Origin: Halocafeteria seosinensis | Lineage: Eukaryota | Direction: 5' to 3' | Assembly (NCBI GenBank): GCA_001687465.1 | Contig: LVLI01000202.1 | Location: 186,001 to 250,000 of the forward strand | DNA: 64,000 nt | In this document: one piece after another, positions 23,186 through 34,777 of the stretch | How positions within the stretch are numbered: position 1 is the stretch's first letter | How the letters are laid out: each line of letters starts with the position of its first letter | The notes under the pieces: model-generated | Databases searched by the model: none | Told to the model about the DNA's origin: nothing | What the model saw: the letters and a program-made list of their open reading frames with translations, nothing else | Made by a program: the position numbers and the translations under genes

Positions 23186-25054
23186 ATGGGTGATCGTCAA
23201 AAGAAAGAGATAGAGGAGGCTCGTAAAGCCGGGACCTTGCCTCCTGAACAAGATGAAGATGGCAACCTTATTAACCCTCATATACCCGAGTTTATGGCCA
23301 AGACGCCTTGGTATTTAAGTCAGCAGGAGCAGAACAAGCCTTCCTTGAAACATCAAAAGTCGACGAGGCAGCAGAAAGAGAAAACATTCGAGGAGAAACG
23401 TGACCCTTACAAGAATTGGGACCCATCCGAGTATAAACTCATAGTGGAGCGCTTCAACAAGTTGGAGAATGAGCGCAAGAAGGTCAAAGCACAGCAGCGA
23501 GAGAAGGAACTCGCCCGGAAACGCCAGGAGAAAGAAGAGAAGAGGCGAAAAAAGGAACAGGAGGGGGAAACAAAGGAGCAAGACAGTGGAAAAGAGGAGG
23601 ACAAAAACCAGAAATCAGACGATTCAGAAAGCAGTGACTTTGGCTCTGATACAGACACGGATTTGGGCAGCAGTGACGAAGACGATGATGTCCGCCAGAG
23701 TGAGTCGCATGAAGCAGTGGATGAAGGTGTCATGAGATGGAATCAGAAAGCCAAAATGAGTGTGCGTAATCTGCGATTGCGTGAGGACACGGCAAAGTAC
23801 TTGGTTAACTTGGATGTCAACTCGGCGTATTATGATCCTAAGACGAGATCGATGCGAGCTGATCCTCTCCCTCATGTGCCGGCCCAGGACAAAGTATACA
23901 GAGGCGACAATGCTTGGAAGAATTCTTCGGATACAACGGGCTTGGCCGGGATGCAAACGTTTGCCTGGGACGCATACAACAAGGGCAAAGACGTACACCT
24001 TCAAACCAACCCGACAGAAGTTGAACTCATGCAAAGACAGTACAAGGACAAGAGGGCCAAATTGGAGCAGTTAAAGAAACAGAAGTTGCTTGATAAGTAT
24101 GGTGGGGAAGAACACTTGGAGGCTCCCCCAAAGGAGCTTCTGTATGGGCAGACTGAAGGTTATGTCGAATACAGTAAGGATGGCCGTGTGGTTCGGGGCG
24201 AAGAAAAGGCTGCTCCTAGTTCAAAGTACGAAGAAGATGTCTTTCCAAGCAACCATTCCTCTGTATTTGGCTCTTGGTTCGACAAGAATACAATGAAATG
24301 GGGATATCGTTGCTGCCATCAAACAGTGATGAATACATACTGCACGGGAGAAGGCGGCAAGCGTGCTCAAGCCCTTGCTGCGAAACGGGTCGAAAACCAA
24401 GCGGCTGCCGCAGCATCCTCGGGAGAAAACCAGGGTGAAGACAGAACGTCAAGCCTTGCCGATCAAAGGAAGCAAGCTATTGCTGAAGGTAGGAACGTGC
24501 AGCGAAGCAACAAGGGCTACAAACCGGAGGAGCAGGAGGAAAGCATGTTTACGAAATCTGTATCAGACGCGGATGTTGACCAAAATAAGCTTGGTTATGA
24601 GCTGCAGCGAGCGAAAGCGGAACGCGTGATGAATGCAGATGGTTCTGTGAGACTCGCTGATGGTGAAGATTCGAAGCCATCGTCGGAACAGCTAGAAGCC
24701 CAACAATTAACTCAGATTCATAAGGATGATCCAATGGCTAACTACTTCAAAGAGAAGGATAAAGAAGCATCCGAAAAGAGGGGGAACCAGGATGATACAA
24801 ACGGAGCTTCCACAACAGAGCGAAAGAGACACAGAGAGGAGGACACTGATGAAGACCAAGGAAGCTCGTCTTCAGGTTCAGACTCTGACGAGGATGCAAG
24901 ACAAAAGTCACGTAGCCATAGTAAGAAGAAGAAGCGTAGTCACAGTAGTAGTGATAAAAAGAAGAAGAAGAAGAAGCGTCATCATTCTTCTTCAAAAAGC
25001 AAGAAACACAGTAAGAAGTCTAGAAAGAAGGACGACGACAGTGACAAAGAATAA
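23186..25054 (+). CDS. SLU7: Pre-mRNA splicing factor SLU7 lacking the zinc knuckle
   Basis: EEARKAGTLPPEQDEDGNLINPHIPEFMAKTPWY, VRNLRLREDTAKYLVNLDVNSAYYDPKTRSMR, SKYEEDV..NHSSVFGSW..WGYRCCH; single exon. Confidence 0.95.
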   Translation: MGDRQKKEIEEARKAGTLPPEQDEDGNLINPHIPEFMAKTPWYLSQQEQNKPSLKHQKSTRQQKEKTFEEKRDPYKNWDPSEYKLIVERFNKLENERKKVKAQQREKELARKRQEKEEKRRKKEQEGETKEQDSGKEEDKNQKSDDSESSDFGSDTDTDLGSSDEDDDVRQSESHEAVDEGVMRWNQKAKMSVRNLRLREDTAKYLVNLDVNSAYYDPKTRSMRADPLPHVPAQDKVYRGDNAWKNSSDTTGLAGMQTFAWDAYNKGKDVHLQTNPTEVELMQRQYKDKRAKLEQLKKQKLLDKYGGEEHLEAPPKELLYGQTEGYVEYSKDGRVVRGEEKAAPSSKYEEDVFPSNHSSVFGSWFDKNTMKWGYRCCHQTVMNTYCTGEGGKRAQALAAKRVENQAAAAASSGENQGEDRTSSLADQRKQAIAEGRNVQRSNKGYKPEEQEESMFTKSVSDADVDQNKLGYELQRAKAERVMNADGSVRLADGEDSKPSSEQLEAQQLTQIHKDDPMANYFKEKDKEASEKRGNQDDTNGASTTERKRHREEDTDEDQGSSSSGSDSDEDARQKSRSHSKKKKRSHSSSDKKKKKKKRHHSSSKSKKHSKKSRKKDDDSDKE

Positions 25055-25133
25055 ACCTCATCCAATGTTTGCCGTTTGATTTGGTTTGATACAAGTTTTC
25101 GCAGCCATTCAATCGAAGTGGTTATACACAAAC

Positions 25134-26060
25134 ATGGTGGGTTAACTACCGGAAATGGGTGTCAGTTTGTTGGAGTCATATGTTTTGTATCATGTGTCAT
25201 GCAGGTGGAGACTCGCTCCCAGGCGGCCACCGCCGCCGCCTCACACTCTTCGTCGCAGTTGGAAAAGTCATTCTGTTTCTATGCGCAATACCACCAGAAT
25301 CCTGTGAACCAGTGGATTCACATTATTTTCGTGCCTTTGATCTTATGGTCGGCACTGGTATTCTTTACGTATTTAGGTGAGTGACAGAGAATAAAACTTA
25401 AGGTAGCGGTAAAACTTTGAAGTTTGTGGTTGTTGACTTCCCAGGGCCTGTATTCGGAGCATGGGACAAGACAGTACCTCTAGCCCATGATCTTTTCCCT
25501 GTGGCCAATGGGGTTATCGCCGATAATGCCAGTCTGCTCGTAGGGCTCCTGTACGTTGTGTACTACATCTCCCTCTCCCCGGGGCCCTTGGGACTCTCCG
25601 CCGCACTTCTGGTACGAAGTCGAAAAAGAAACTTCCAACGACTCCACGTGGTACAGAAGTTGTATGGATTGTACTCTTGCAGGTCGGAGGTCTCGTATAC
25701 GCTGCCAATTATTACACACACGTCATGCCGGCCGATGCCTCGACATGGCAAATTGCGGTGGTACTGCATGGGGTGGCTTGGATCGTTCAGTTTTATGGAC
25801 ATGGAGTTCATGAAGGACGTGCTCCCGCTTTATTGGATAGCTTCTTGCAATCTCTATTTATGGTATGTGTTTGATACCTTTAATTTCACTCAGAAGCAAC
25901 AGCATTACGTGCTCTAGTGGTCTCTGTTCAGGCACCGTTGTTTGTGTACATGGAAGTGCTGATGAAACTTGGCTTCCTCCAAGATTTCAAGGCAAGCGCA
26001 GAGGAGGCTGTGAACGAAGCCGTCAAGCAGTGGAAAAAGGAAGCATCGAAATCTAAGTAA
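25134..26060 (+). CDS. Mpo1-like / DUF962 membrane protein
   Basis: FYAQYHQNPVNQWIHIIFVPLILWS and [37 protein letters not shown] after splicing; start is either ATG 25134 plus intron 25137-25204 (M-VETRSQ) or ATG 25199. Confidence 0.88.
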
Positions 26061-26087
26061 TTATATGTGTCTAGATGTAAATATTCT

Positions 26088-27231
26088 TCACGAAAATGGC
26101 GAAATGCCTTCACTTGTATCACTATCGTTCCCGTCGTTCTCCTCATCGGTAGTCTTGTACTCCACCTGTTCCCTTGCGCGGGCATTTTTATTCTCAATAG
26201 AGTCTTTCTGTTTTGACACGTGATAGTGATTGTACATGTATCTCTCAAGATCATGCATGTCGCCAGCTATGACAAAACTGTGCAGTGGTGGGCCGAAATC
26301 CACCTTCTCTAGTTCCGCCATTGTTCCGGAGTTTATAACCTGAGTATCCTGTCCTATCCTAGCCACACCAAAGCATGGAGTTTCGGATGTGTACGCTGTC
26401 AATAATTCAATGATAGAACGAAAAAACGATAGGTGATACAACTACAAGCCCAAACCCACACTTGCTTACCTTTCCTCCCGAGTCTTTCTTCGATCTCCAA
26501 GAGCTGTCGAATGCAAGTATTTACGCTCATAAACCTAGGAGGTAACCATTTCTTTTTCCCTTTCACTAGAGCATTATAATCAGGTTCTTTAACTTTGATA
26601 TCTGTACCCCAGGGACAATGTGTAGCTCAACACACTGTTTTGCACAACTTCCAGTAGCCAGTGTCGCAATACATACCGACTAGGCACAGAGTGTGGAGTC
26701 CACCCTTGTTATTGAACTCAATTTTCTCATAGAATGAGTCCGGTTTCCAGTCATCGGTGAAAAAAGGCACCGTTATGGTTTGCCCAAAATTATAGAGTTG
26801 CAGGCCACAAGCCCCCACAGCGTTCATGATGCTGGCATTATGTATGACTTGAACGGGGACTTGAGCTTCTTCGGCACGGACAAAGAGATCCATGTGCGTC
26901 GTAGCTCTGTGAACGTCAGCTTCAGTTGCAGTCTTCAGAAAACTTGGTACACGAACCCCTGTGGAACTTACCCAAACGCATCTCCCACCACTAGAAACGC
27001 CACATTGTCTTCCTTTGCATGGTTCAAGATCGTGTCAGAATTCGATTCCACCATATCGCGGTCCGCAATCGTCACCGTTTTCCCGAAGAACCGCTCTAGT
27101 CTCTCCTTGGAAATCCCTAAAATGGAGGTATACGCCTCGAGAAAGAGCTCTGAACACGACGAAATGGCTTCCTGGCCCTTGAGCGTCACATCCTTTTCGT
27201 CTCCCAGGCCCAATCCAATGATGTACAACAT
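26088..27231 (-). CDS. DPH5: Diphthine methyl ester synthase
   Basis: [83 protein letters not shown]; four exons. Confidence 0.96.
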
Positions 27232-27494
27232 CCTTATTTTGCTCTCTGCCTTCGTCGGTAAACTATACTCAATCTCTGAACGTATTCCACTTGAAATACC
27301 CCATACAAAACAATACAACCTCTAATAACTGGAGTACGAAGTTTGTGAAGGTGAGCGCGACTTGCTTCGCACGGAGATTTGAAGCCGCGGGTGTGTATTG
27401 GGCTAACATGCAGTGCCTTGCGGCTTGCTATGTTAAAAGGTTCGACAAAGACCAAACCACTTTTCAACTCTAACAGGTGCCGGGCAGAACTGGA

Positions 27495-30400
27495 TCACTC
27501 GGTGGCAGATTCGGATTCGGCCATACATTTGGCAAATGTCTCCTTCCGATGTTGATCCATCATATACTGTGCCCTGGCGGAAGCGAGTGGCGAAATATCT
27601 TGTTCCAGTTGTCCCTTGATGCGTTGTAATGCAATGCGACAAGAAACTCCTGCGACAGAATGCACACGTTGTAAAGATTCAAGCTGCTGTCTTAACTGCT
27701 CTCTGGTGGCTTGTTCTCCATCTGGTCGGATAACGTCGACAAGTCCCCGTACTTCCCCAAAAACAGCGGAAAATGTCCTCAAAGCCCGAAATGACGCAAT
27801 ATCTTCTGCCATTTCTACAGAGCGACTACAGAGGAGCTGCTGACATTGCACTTCAGCAAAGCTCCATTTCGATTTTAGTATTGCCTCCAAGTTCTCACCA
27901 GACTCGGTTTTGTGTGTATCCCCTAAACGCATTGCCTCGGCCACAAATTTGGATGTGGTTTCCTTCAACGCCTCCGGCGCTTGAGATTGAACTGCGCTTT
28001 GTGCCGCTTGTTGACTAATCGCTTTGACTGTCCCATCAATTAGATGCAACACGTCCGGTCGTCGTTGTAGGAAGCTACGGATGAGCTGTTGCTGGAAGGA
28101 CGAGTCCACTAATGGACTCGGTGATCTGCCGCCCTGAAAAGCTTCGGCAGCCTCGCCGTGGACCTGAGAGAGTGCTCCAGCTCCAGAGTCATCACTATCT
28201 GCTCTTTCATGAAGGGTGTTCATTCCGGTGACCAAGCTTTGAGGTCTAATTTTCCGTTGGGGCTGTGGTCTAGTATCGCGATGAACGCTCCAGCCAGATT
28301 CAGTCAACGAATAAGGAGCAGTCTCAGAGAGAAAACGCCTTAGTGGTGGTGGCACGGATTGGAGAGAAACACAAAAAGCTGAAAAATCGGGAACTAGTTC
28401 CAGAAGCATCGACTCACCCACTACATTGCGAGAGTTATCAATTGTCGGTGAATAGGTGTTGACGTCATTTGAGCAGACAAAGAGGTGATGAGGATGGGCG
28501 ACTTCTTCTTCGTTTGCCGGGAATTCTTTGATAATTCTTTCCGAAAGCATTAACAGACAGAAGTGACCCCGATATAAGGTTGGTCTACAGCGTCTGTTCG
28601 GATTTGCGTCCATAAGGGAAAGGAGTCTCCTCCGCACTGCCATTGCACATCTCGTCACAGGGTTACGTATTGAACCATAATCACAACCAAAGTGATGCAT
28701 AGTCTTGAGGAACTCATATTGCCAAGGTAAAGCGAGAAGAAGCGTACCATTAGAGTTGGCAAGGCTTAAAATTTTTTCCAGTTGTACGGAAATACTACTG
28801 AGGGTCACAATACCTTCGTCAAATATGGCCGCTTCCATCGTCGACTGATGGATGTTGGTCCAAGGAAGCGAGACAATAAGAGCAAGCAGTCTAGAAAACG
28901 ATCGAAGTCTTATGGTCCAACCATAGATTGTCCGCACATTACCCAATATCTCTGCAATACTTTCATATTCTCCATAGCCGGCATCAGCTGCGACGAGCTT
29001 ACTGATAAGGCTAGCTGTAACCTCCAAACTTTGCCCTGCACTTGATCCCTTGTCCCCCGAGAAATCGACCTCGGTACACCAGCTAGTGCATTGACAAGCA
29101 TGCAGCATTGTTCGAACTATATGAGTCAGAAGATATTGTGAGAAGCTATGGGAATCCACCAAACAAACAAAAGCAGCAAAGCCGCACTGTAATCCCGGGA
29201 AGTCATGCTTGAGGTTTGTCACCAAATTCATTAAATCGTCCACTGAGTGATGACTCTGCTGTTGCGAGTGGGTTTTATCCTTAACAGGAGCACTATTGTT
29301 GTTCTCGGGCTTGTTCGAAGACGGTGGTCTCCTTTTGGACGACGCATTCCCTTTGTTTGCGCCGAGCGAAGGAAAATCAGATGAACTTTTCCCGTTAGCC
29401 GATGCTGCGTTGATCCTAGCATTTAGCTGCTTTAACTTGGCAGCATCCCTCGTGTTTGAAACGACTTCGGCGCCCACATCTGCGTCGACGATGGACGTGA
29501 GTAGCAAGAATTGTTTCAAGAAAAACTGGGAGAACCAACACACGTTTTGCGGTTTCAAATTCAGCGCCACTGAGCGACAGCGTTCCGGAAAACGCTTTAA
29601 GAATGATTCAAATGCGCTGGTGTTGAACTCATTATCCTGGGCACTAAACTCACGTATCAGGGTAAGAAACTTGTCGCGCGTTTGCTCCCTGTTAGAATAC
29701 AATTTGGAGTTCTCCTGTCCACGAAAGCAGTGTCGTGAGTCTGTACGAGGCTGGAATGGTAAACTGGTATTTAGTCCCTCAGACTGTGCAACGTTAACCG
29801 CCTCAATCCTTTCTTGCTTTTCCTCCTTTTCAATGTCCTCCATGCTCGAGTCCACAATTCCCTGGAGAGAGCGCTGCGTATCTCGACCACCGAATGAAGC
29901 ATCATCTCCATTCCGCAGCAAGTTCACGAACACTCCACTAAGATCTGGAGATACCATGCGAATAACTGGGTGCGCCGCTAGGGTTTTAATGGTAGGTTTA
30001 GGCAAAACAGCCACAATATGTCGGCAGCAGCTGAAAGCAACACAAGCAAAGAATATGCCCTGAGAGCCCGTCGTGAGCAAGGTAGGTGAGTCATCGTCGT
30101 GTGAAGTCTCAACAACAGAACGTGGGTGTACTTGCAACGCCCTACTAAGCAAATGCAGCTCCTCAATGACACTACACCGGTACCCTCTCAACACCAACCA
30201 CGAGTATAACTGTGCCATCCGGCGGATCCGAACGTGGCCCATTCCTTCCGCCTGCATCTGGTCGTCTGTCACGTCTCCACTATTTCCAAGACAGTCCCCC
30301 TTATCCCCAATAGAGCTTCTATTTTTATCTTGGAGATTCTCACCGGTATCCTTCACATTAAAATCCAAATGCATTGGTTCAGGCATCTCCCTTCCTCTTC

Positions 30401-31505
30401 TGTCCTCATTTGCCGGTGAAGTGCTGGGACTCAAAAAAGCCACGGACATCTCTTCGGAAGGGCTAGTAAACCTATCACTAGCGTCTGTACCCTCAAAGCT
30501 TTCCGACCTTCTCGGAAAGGGACTCTCAATTGGGAGTGGAGAAAGTTCGCCGAGTTCGGGTGAGTGTGTGGGTGCCCGTGTTCTAGAATTTGAAACCCAG
30601 GGAATGTGTCGGGATTCCGGTGAAGCCATACCAGACTCTTTCTCCCCATCATCTGATGAATAGGTGGATTTGGCGGAGGTGTACGCTCTCTTATGATCTG
30701 AACGCTCTAGCCTCCTATAAGATCTTCGCAGGTTTGGACTGGCAATGGAGATATCGGTAACACCGCTACCCTTCAGCATTGCAGCCACCATAGAGTCTCG
30801 GTGGTGGTTGCTTCCTTCGTGTCCCTGAGTATATTGGTCGTTTTCGGATGAGTTTGCAGAAGCAGTAATGGACGGAGTTGATGACGCGGGTTCCAGTTCC
30901 TGACGTTGCGAGTCCCTCCAGGAGTTCGCTTCCCCAAAGCCAGGACCCATGACAGCACCAGCCGATACATTGGTAGAAATCAATGTTGTTCGAATTCTGC
31001 GCTTCGACGAGGTGCCCGTATTACTTCCCGTGCTGCATACGCTGCCACTTCGGCTGGAAGTTTGAACTGCTTCGCTTTGAGCAAACGTAAACGGCGAAGA
31101 TGAATGACACGAGTAAGGCGACGGGTTTCCACTGTTATATCCCGGAGAGTTTTCTAGTAGAGCTTCAATGTTGGCGCGAACGTGTTGGAGGTATTCCTGG
31201 CCAATAGTCCTCGATTCCTCACCCTGGCTAAAGGATTCAAAAATCTTGTAGGCTTCCTCCGTGGACGAGGAATGGATCACGTCTTTGACTAGCGATTTGA
31301 GTGCTTCATTTTCAATATATAACTTCCATTTTGTAGTATGTGATTTCTCGTTCGATTTACTATCTGTACGTGCGGGTTGTGGAGTTATACGTACTTTATG
31401 CGACGCACTAGAACCATTCAAAGATGTTGACTTTTCTCCTCCTTCCTCTGCGTCAACGTCGGCACCTTTCGAGTGCGTTGATGACGATACAATGTGAGAC
31501 CACAT
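27495..31505 (-). CDS. CDAN1: Codanin-1-like protein
   Basis: Intronless 1336-aa ORF with LPFQPRTDSRHCF..YSNREQTRDKFLTLIR, NVCWFSQFFLKQFL, DAAKLKQLNARI and DSHSFSQYL blocks plus KRRIRTTLI and RKIRP motifs, recalled as codanin-1 features. Confidence 0.78.
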   Translation of the reverse strand: MWSHIVSSSTHSKGADVDAEEGGEKSTSLNGSSASHKVRITPQPARTDSKSNEKSHTTKWKLYIENEALKSLVKDVIHSSSTEEAYKIFESFSQGEESRTIGQEYLQHVRANIEALLENSPGYNSGNPSPYSCHSSSPFTFAQSEAVQTSSRSGSVCSTGSNTGTSSKRRIRTTLISTNVSAGAVMGPGFGEANSWRDSQRQELEPASSTPSITASANSSENDQYTQGHEGSNHHRDSMVAAMLKGSGVTDISIASPNLRRSYRRLERSDHKRAYTSAKSTYSSDDGEKESGMASPESRHIPWVSNSRTRAPTHSPELGELSPLPIESPFPRRSESFEGTDASDRFTSPSEEMSVAFLSPSTSPANEDRRGREMPEPMHLDFNVKDTGENLQDKNRSSIGDKGDCLGNSGDVTDDQMQAEGMGHVRIRRMAQLYSWLVLRGYRCSVIEELHLLSRALQVHPRSVVETSHDDDSPTLLTTGSQGIFFACVAFSCCRHIVAVLPKPTIKTLAAHPVIRMVSPDLSGVFVNLLRNGDDASFGGRDTQRSLQGIVDSSMEDIEKEEKQERIEAVNVAQSEGLNTSLPFQPRTDSRHCFRGQENSKLYSNREQTRDKFLTLIREFSAQDNEFNTSAFESFLKRFPERCRSVALNLKPQNVCWFSQFFLKQFLLLTSIVDADVGAEVVSNTRDAAKLKQLNARINAASANGKSSSDFPSLGANKGNASSKRRPPSSNKPENNNSAPVKDKTHSQQQSHHSVDDLMNLVTNLKHDFPGLQCGFAAFVCLVDSHSFSQYLLTHIVRTMLHACQCTSWCTEVDFSGDKGSSAGQSLEVTASLISKLVAADAGYGEYESIAEILGNVRTIYGWTIRLRSFSRLLALIVSLPWTNIHQSTMEAAIFDEGIVTLSSISVQLEKILSLANSNGTLLLALPWQYEFLKTMHHFGCDYGSIRNPVTRCAMAVRRRLLSLMDANPNRRCRPTLYRGHFCLLMLSERIIKEFPANEEEVAHPHHLFVCSNDVNTYSPTIDNSRNVVGESMLLELVPDFSAFCVSLQSVPPPLRRFLSETAPYSLTESGWSVHRDTRPQPQRKIRPQSLVTGMNTLHERADSDDSGAGALSQVHGEAAEAFQGGRSPSPLVDSSFQQQLIRSFLQRRPDVLHLIDGTVKAISQQAAQSAVQSQAPEALKETTSKFVAEAMRLGDTHKTESGENLEAILKSKWSFAEVQCQQLLCSRSVEMAEDIASFRALRTFSAVFGEVRGLVDVIRPDGEQATREQLRQQLESLQRVHSVAGVSCRIALQRIKGQLEQDISPLASARAQYMMDQHRKETFAKCMAESESATE

Positions 31506-31599
31506 TGACTTGATCTTTCATACCATAACATTAATTAAGTTAGATATATATACTGCTATTAACCCTAATAATACCAAATTATCTGATATACACAGGCCA

Positions 31600-33907
31600 A
31601 TGGAGCCTCGAAAGACCCACTTTCAAGTTGCGCACAGTGAGCCTATTCACCTGTATAAGCATGACACCAAGGACGAATCAGCTCAGAGTGAGTCAAAAGT
31701 ATCACATACGGACAAGAGGGAGACCACCGTGCAGACGGAGACGATAGAATACAGTCATGCAGAAGTACAAACGACTGAACACAACTCTGTGGAAGTAAGC
31801 TGGGTCGCTCAAGAGGGCTATTATACACGTTTTGAACTCCTTATACACCGCGGTACACAGGTGCAAACAGAGAATTCAGGATATGAAGACGACGCGGCCA
31901 TGGAGCAAGCCATGGAGGAGCAATTCGAACGAAACGCGGAGAGTATAGCTGCATTCTTACGCATGGTATCCCCGACAATGATACGCCAACTGCATCGTAA
32001 TCTAAAGAGCAGAGCATTCGACGGTACGTTTGGATCTGTTGGTTATGTTTCCTTGAAGGAATGGATAGATGGATGCATGAGTGCGAAGAATCGTGCAGAC
32101 TACGTACCCTCGGAAATGGACGAAGACGAAGATTCCAAAACGATTTTTGAACTGTCATATGCGTTTTCTCAACCTAGTGAAAGTACGCGAGTTCGGTGGG
32201 GTGCATGATTTTAAAATGCTTGAATTCGTCAACATGTGTGCATCACAGGTGGTAAAGAGCGTGTGCTCGTTCTCCCTTGTACTTCGTTATCGTGGAATGC
32301 TACTGGCTCCTCCATTTGTGCTGGTTTTGGACGAGTCGATTTATCGGGATGGGATACCACCAGCAGTGGTGTTGTTGTTTGGAATATCATGAAACAACGT
32401 TTTCAGTCTTCCGAAAGAGGAAATGCTAAGAAGAAAGATATGATTGATACGTTGCCTCCGGACTTCGTGTTGGACACCACTGTGAGTCGGCGCGTCAAAC
32501 GAATAAATTAGCAATATGCGGCAAACGCGAGTCTAGGAACTTTATGCAGAGCTCCGTAACCTCCGTCAGTTGCCATCCAAAGCATCCCTCTATCATAGCC
32601 GGTGGGACATATAGCGGTGAGGTGCTTGTATGGGACACCAATTTGACAGAACCATTGATCGCTAGTACACAAATTGATGATTACTTCCATCGGGAACCGA
32701 TAACGTCCTTATGTTGGTTCCAGGAGCTGGGCGAAAAGGAATATTTGGTAGGTGGTACCTCTAAGTGATATCCCTCTTATTATTTATTGTATATCTTGTC
32801 TTTCGTCCATGGCTTGACTTCCAGTTGGCTAGCATTAGTGGAGACGGAAAGCTCCTCGTTTGGAAGCTAGGCAGTAACCTCAACTATCCAGTGGCGGGGT
32901 AAGTCTAGTTTGGGTGAATGGACTGATGATGCACTGTAAACACGCTATCTTGCAGCTTCGTTCTTAAATCGCGAACTCTAAAAAGTAGACACAAACAACA
33001 TGGTGCTGTCTTAGGCGGTACCTCCATTTCTGCCTCCCACGAACATGGCTACTCTGGGAATCTCCTCGTGGGTACTGAATCTGGGCTTATTCTGAGGTCG
33101 CTAACGCGGGCTCATACTCGAAAGGGTGTCCAAAACACACGACCCCCCGGAACAGAACTCTTATGGTCGCCCGAGAGTGCGGAAATGCTGTTCCGGCTGG
33201 ATGCTAAATCGAAGACGTCTGTTGTAAGGCAAGTAGAGCGATATGCTCGCACGGTGGATAAAGGAACAGATGCTCGTCCAATCGATATGAAGACGCTGTT
33301 TGAGGCCAGGCCGGATCCGGAAGCGCTGTTCCCTGCTATGAAAGATTTTGCTTACGAAGCTCATGCTGGTCCGGTATCTACTGTCGAATACTCACCGTTT
33401 CATAGAAACATTTTTCTTTCCAGTGGACATGATGGAAAAGTGAATCTATTTAACCAATTACAGAAGAAACCCTTGGCGCAGATTAGCCCGTCTCCGTCTA
33501 CTTTGAATTTCGTGTTCGCTTGTTCGTGGTCATGTGTCAGACCACTAGTGTTCGCCGCGGCTAGTGGTGACGGAGGTGCCTACATATATGATCTTGCCAA
33601 GAGTATTTATATTCCGGAAGTAATCCTGCGAGCGTCTTCGCAGGATCCCGCAGACATTGCACAAAACAGTATGGATGCTCATACCAAGAATTCTCATCAT
33701 TCATATGTTGAATGTCTTCGGGATAGCGCAACCTCTCCGGGTCCAGCCTATTCTATTACATTTAATCCACATAATAGGAAACTGCTCGCTGTAGGGGATG
33801 CTGATGGCAAGATCAGGGTACATCGTCTTGGGTGGAGTTTAAGCAACACTTTTGATGCGGAGAAGAAAATTCTGAACCGAGTTGCTAACGTCTCTACTGA
33901 GGAGTAA
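31600..33907 (+). CDS. WDR34: Dynein-2 intermediate chain WDR34/FAP133
   Basis: Seven exons; VQT light-chain-binding repeats, FLRMVSPTMIRQLHRNLKSRAFD, LSWNATGSSI, GGTYSGEVLVWD, FHREPIT, YSPFHRNIFLS, WSCVRPLVFAA. Confidence 0.9.
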
Positions 33908-33989
33908 GAATGCACACCAATATGGTTGAATTACCTTGAGGCTAGTTAGTTAACCAGTGTAATGTTGTTTAACGAGCCATCGGAATATC
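33839..33989 (+). repeat. Direct repeat copy A (last WDR34 codons plus 3' flank)
   Basis: 33839-33902 matches 34778-34841 at 59/64 nt; gapped similarity continues to catcggaatatc. Confidence 0.9.
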
Positions 33990-34712
33990 GTCGTCGGAAG
34001 CACGCAAGTTCGTCAGACTCTGAAACTGAGAGAACATCAAAATCTGAGAATGTGGATAGACGAAGTCGACGGCGCAAGCATTCACATGAAAGAATGTCAA
34101 CGTCGGACTCAGGAACCGAAGGAACATCGGAATATGAAAAGGCGAGGAACTGAAGACGTCAGGGGAAGTAGAATTCGGATAGGCGAAGTCGGCGGCGAAA
34201 GCATTCACACGAAAAAATTTCAACGAAAGGATCGTCATACTGTGGAGCCGAATTCACATCAGAATATGAGAAGGCGAGAAACCGAAGACGTCGTCGGAAG
34301 CATTCACATCGAAGCAAGCATGACAGTCACACCTCAAGAGAGGGATCATCCGGTTCTGAAACTGAGGCCACACCGGAACCTGAGAAGCCAAAAGCCCGAA
34401 GAGGTCGAAGCAAACATAGCCATAAAGAAACTGAAAAAGGACCCTGGGGGAACGAGCACGTTTATTGAAATGGCTCCTGATGCATTGGTTGTAAGTTGCA
34501 ACAGCGAAGAAGGAGGCGAAATTTGGACCCTGGCCGGGCTTCCCACAATTTGCTCACGGCAGTGGTGAGCCGTCTGAGACGACTGGAGGAACGTGCAACT
34601 ACGGCCAGAGGGAGAAGGCATACACCTGGTGATGATCAGAACTATTGTCAGTATTACCGATAACCAGCCATACCGGACTTGTCAGTATTACCGGTAACCA
34701 GCCATACCGGAC
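33962..34712 (+). pseudogene. Decayed Arg/Ser/His-rich repeat ORF with internal tandem repeats
   Basis: Recurrent SEYEKARN and RRRKHSH peptides interrupted by stops; about 123-nt period repeat (34054-34160 vs 34177-34292). Confidence 0.5.
34645..34712 (+). repeat. 34-bp tandem duplication
   Basis: ttgtcagtattaccgRtaaccagccataccggac twice (34645-34678, 34679-34712), one mismatch. Confidence 0.95.
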
Positions 34713-34777
34713 ACTTTCATGTGCTATTGGGGAGACAAGAGGAAACGAAAATGGTCCAAATGAAAGGAAGAGATAAC

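Noticed and set aside
29296..30663. Long antisense ORFs (255 and 196 aa) opposite codanin-1, and similar shadows opposite SLU7, DHX16 and DLEC1
   Set aside because: Ser/Phe-rich mirror translations expected from the codon usage of the real genes.
34645..34712. 34-bp repeats of CRISPR-like length
   Set aside because: Only two abutting copies with no spacer, and no cas genes in a eukaryotic context.
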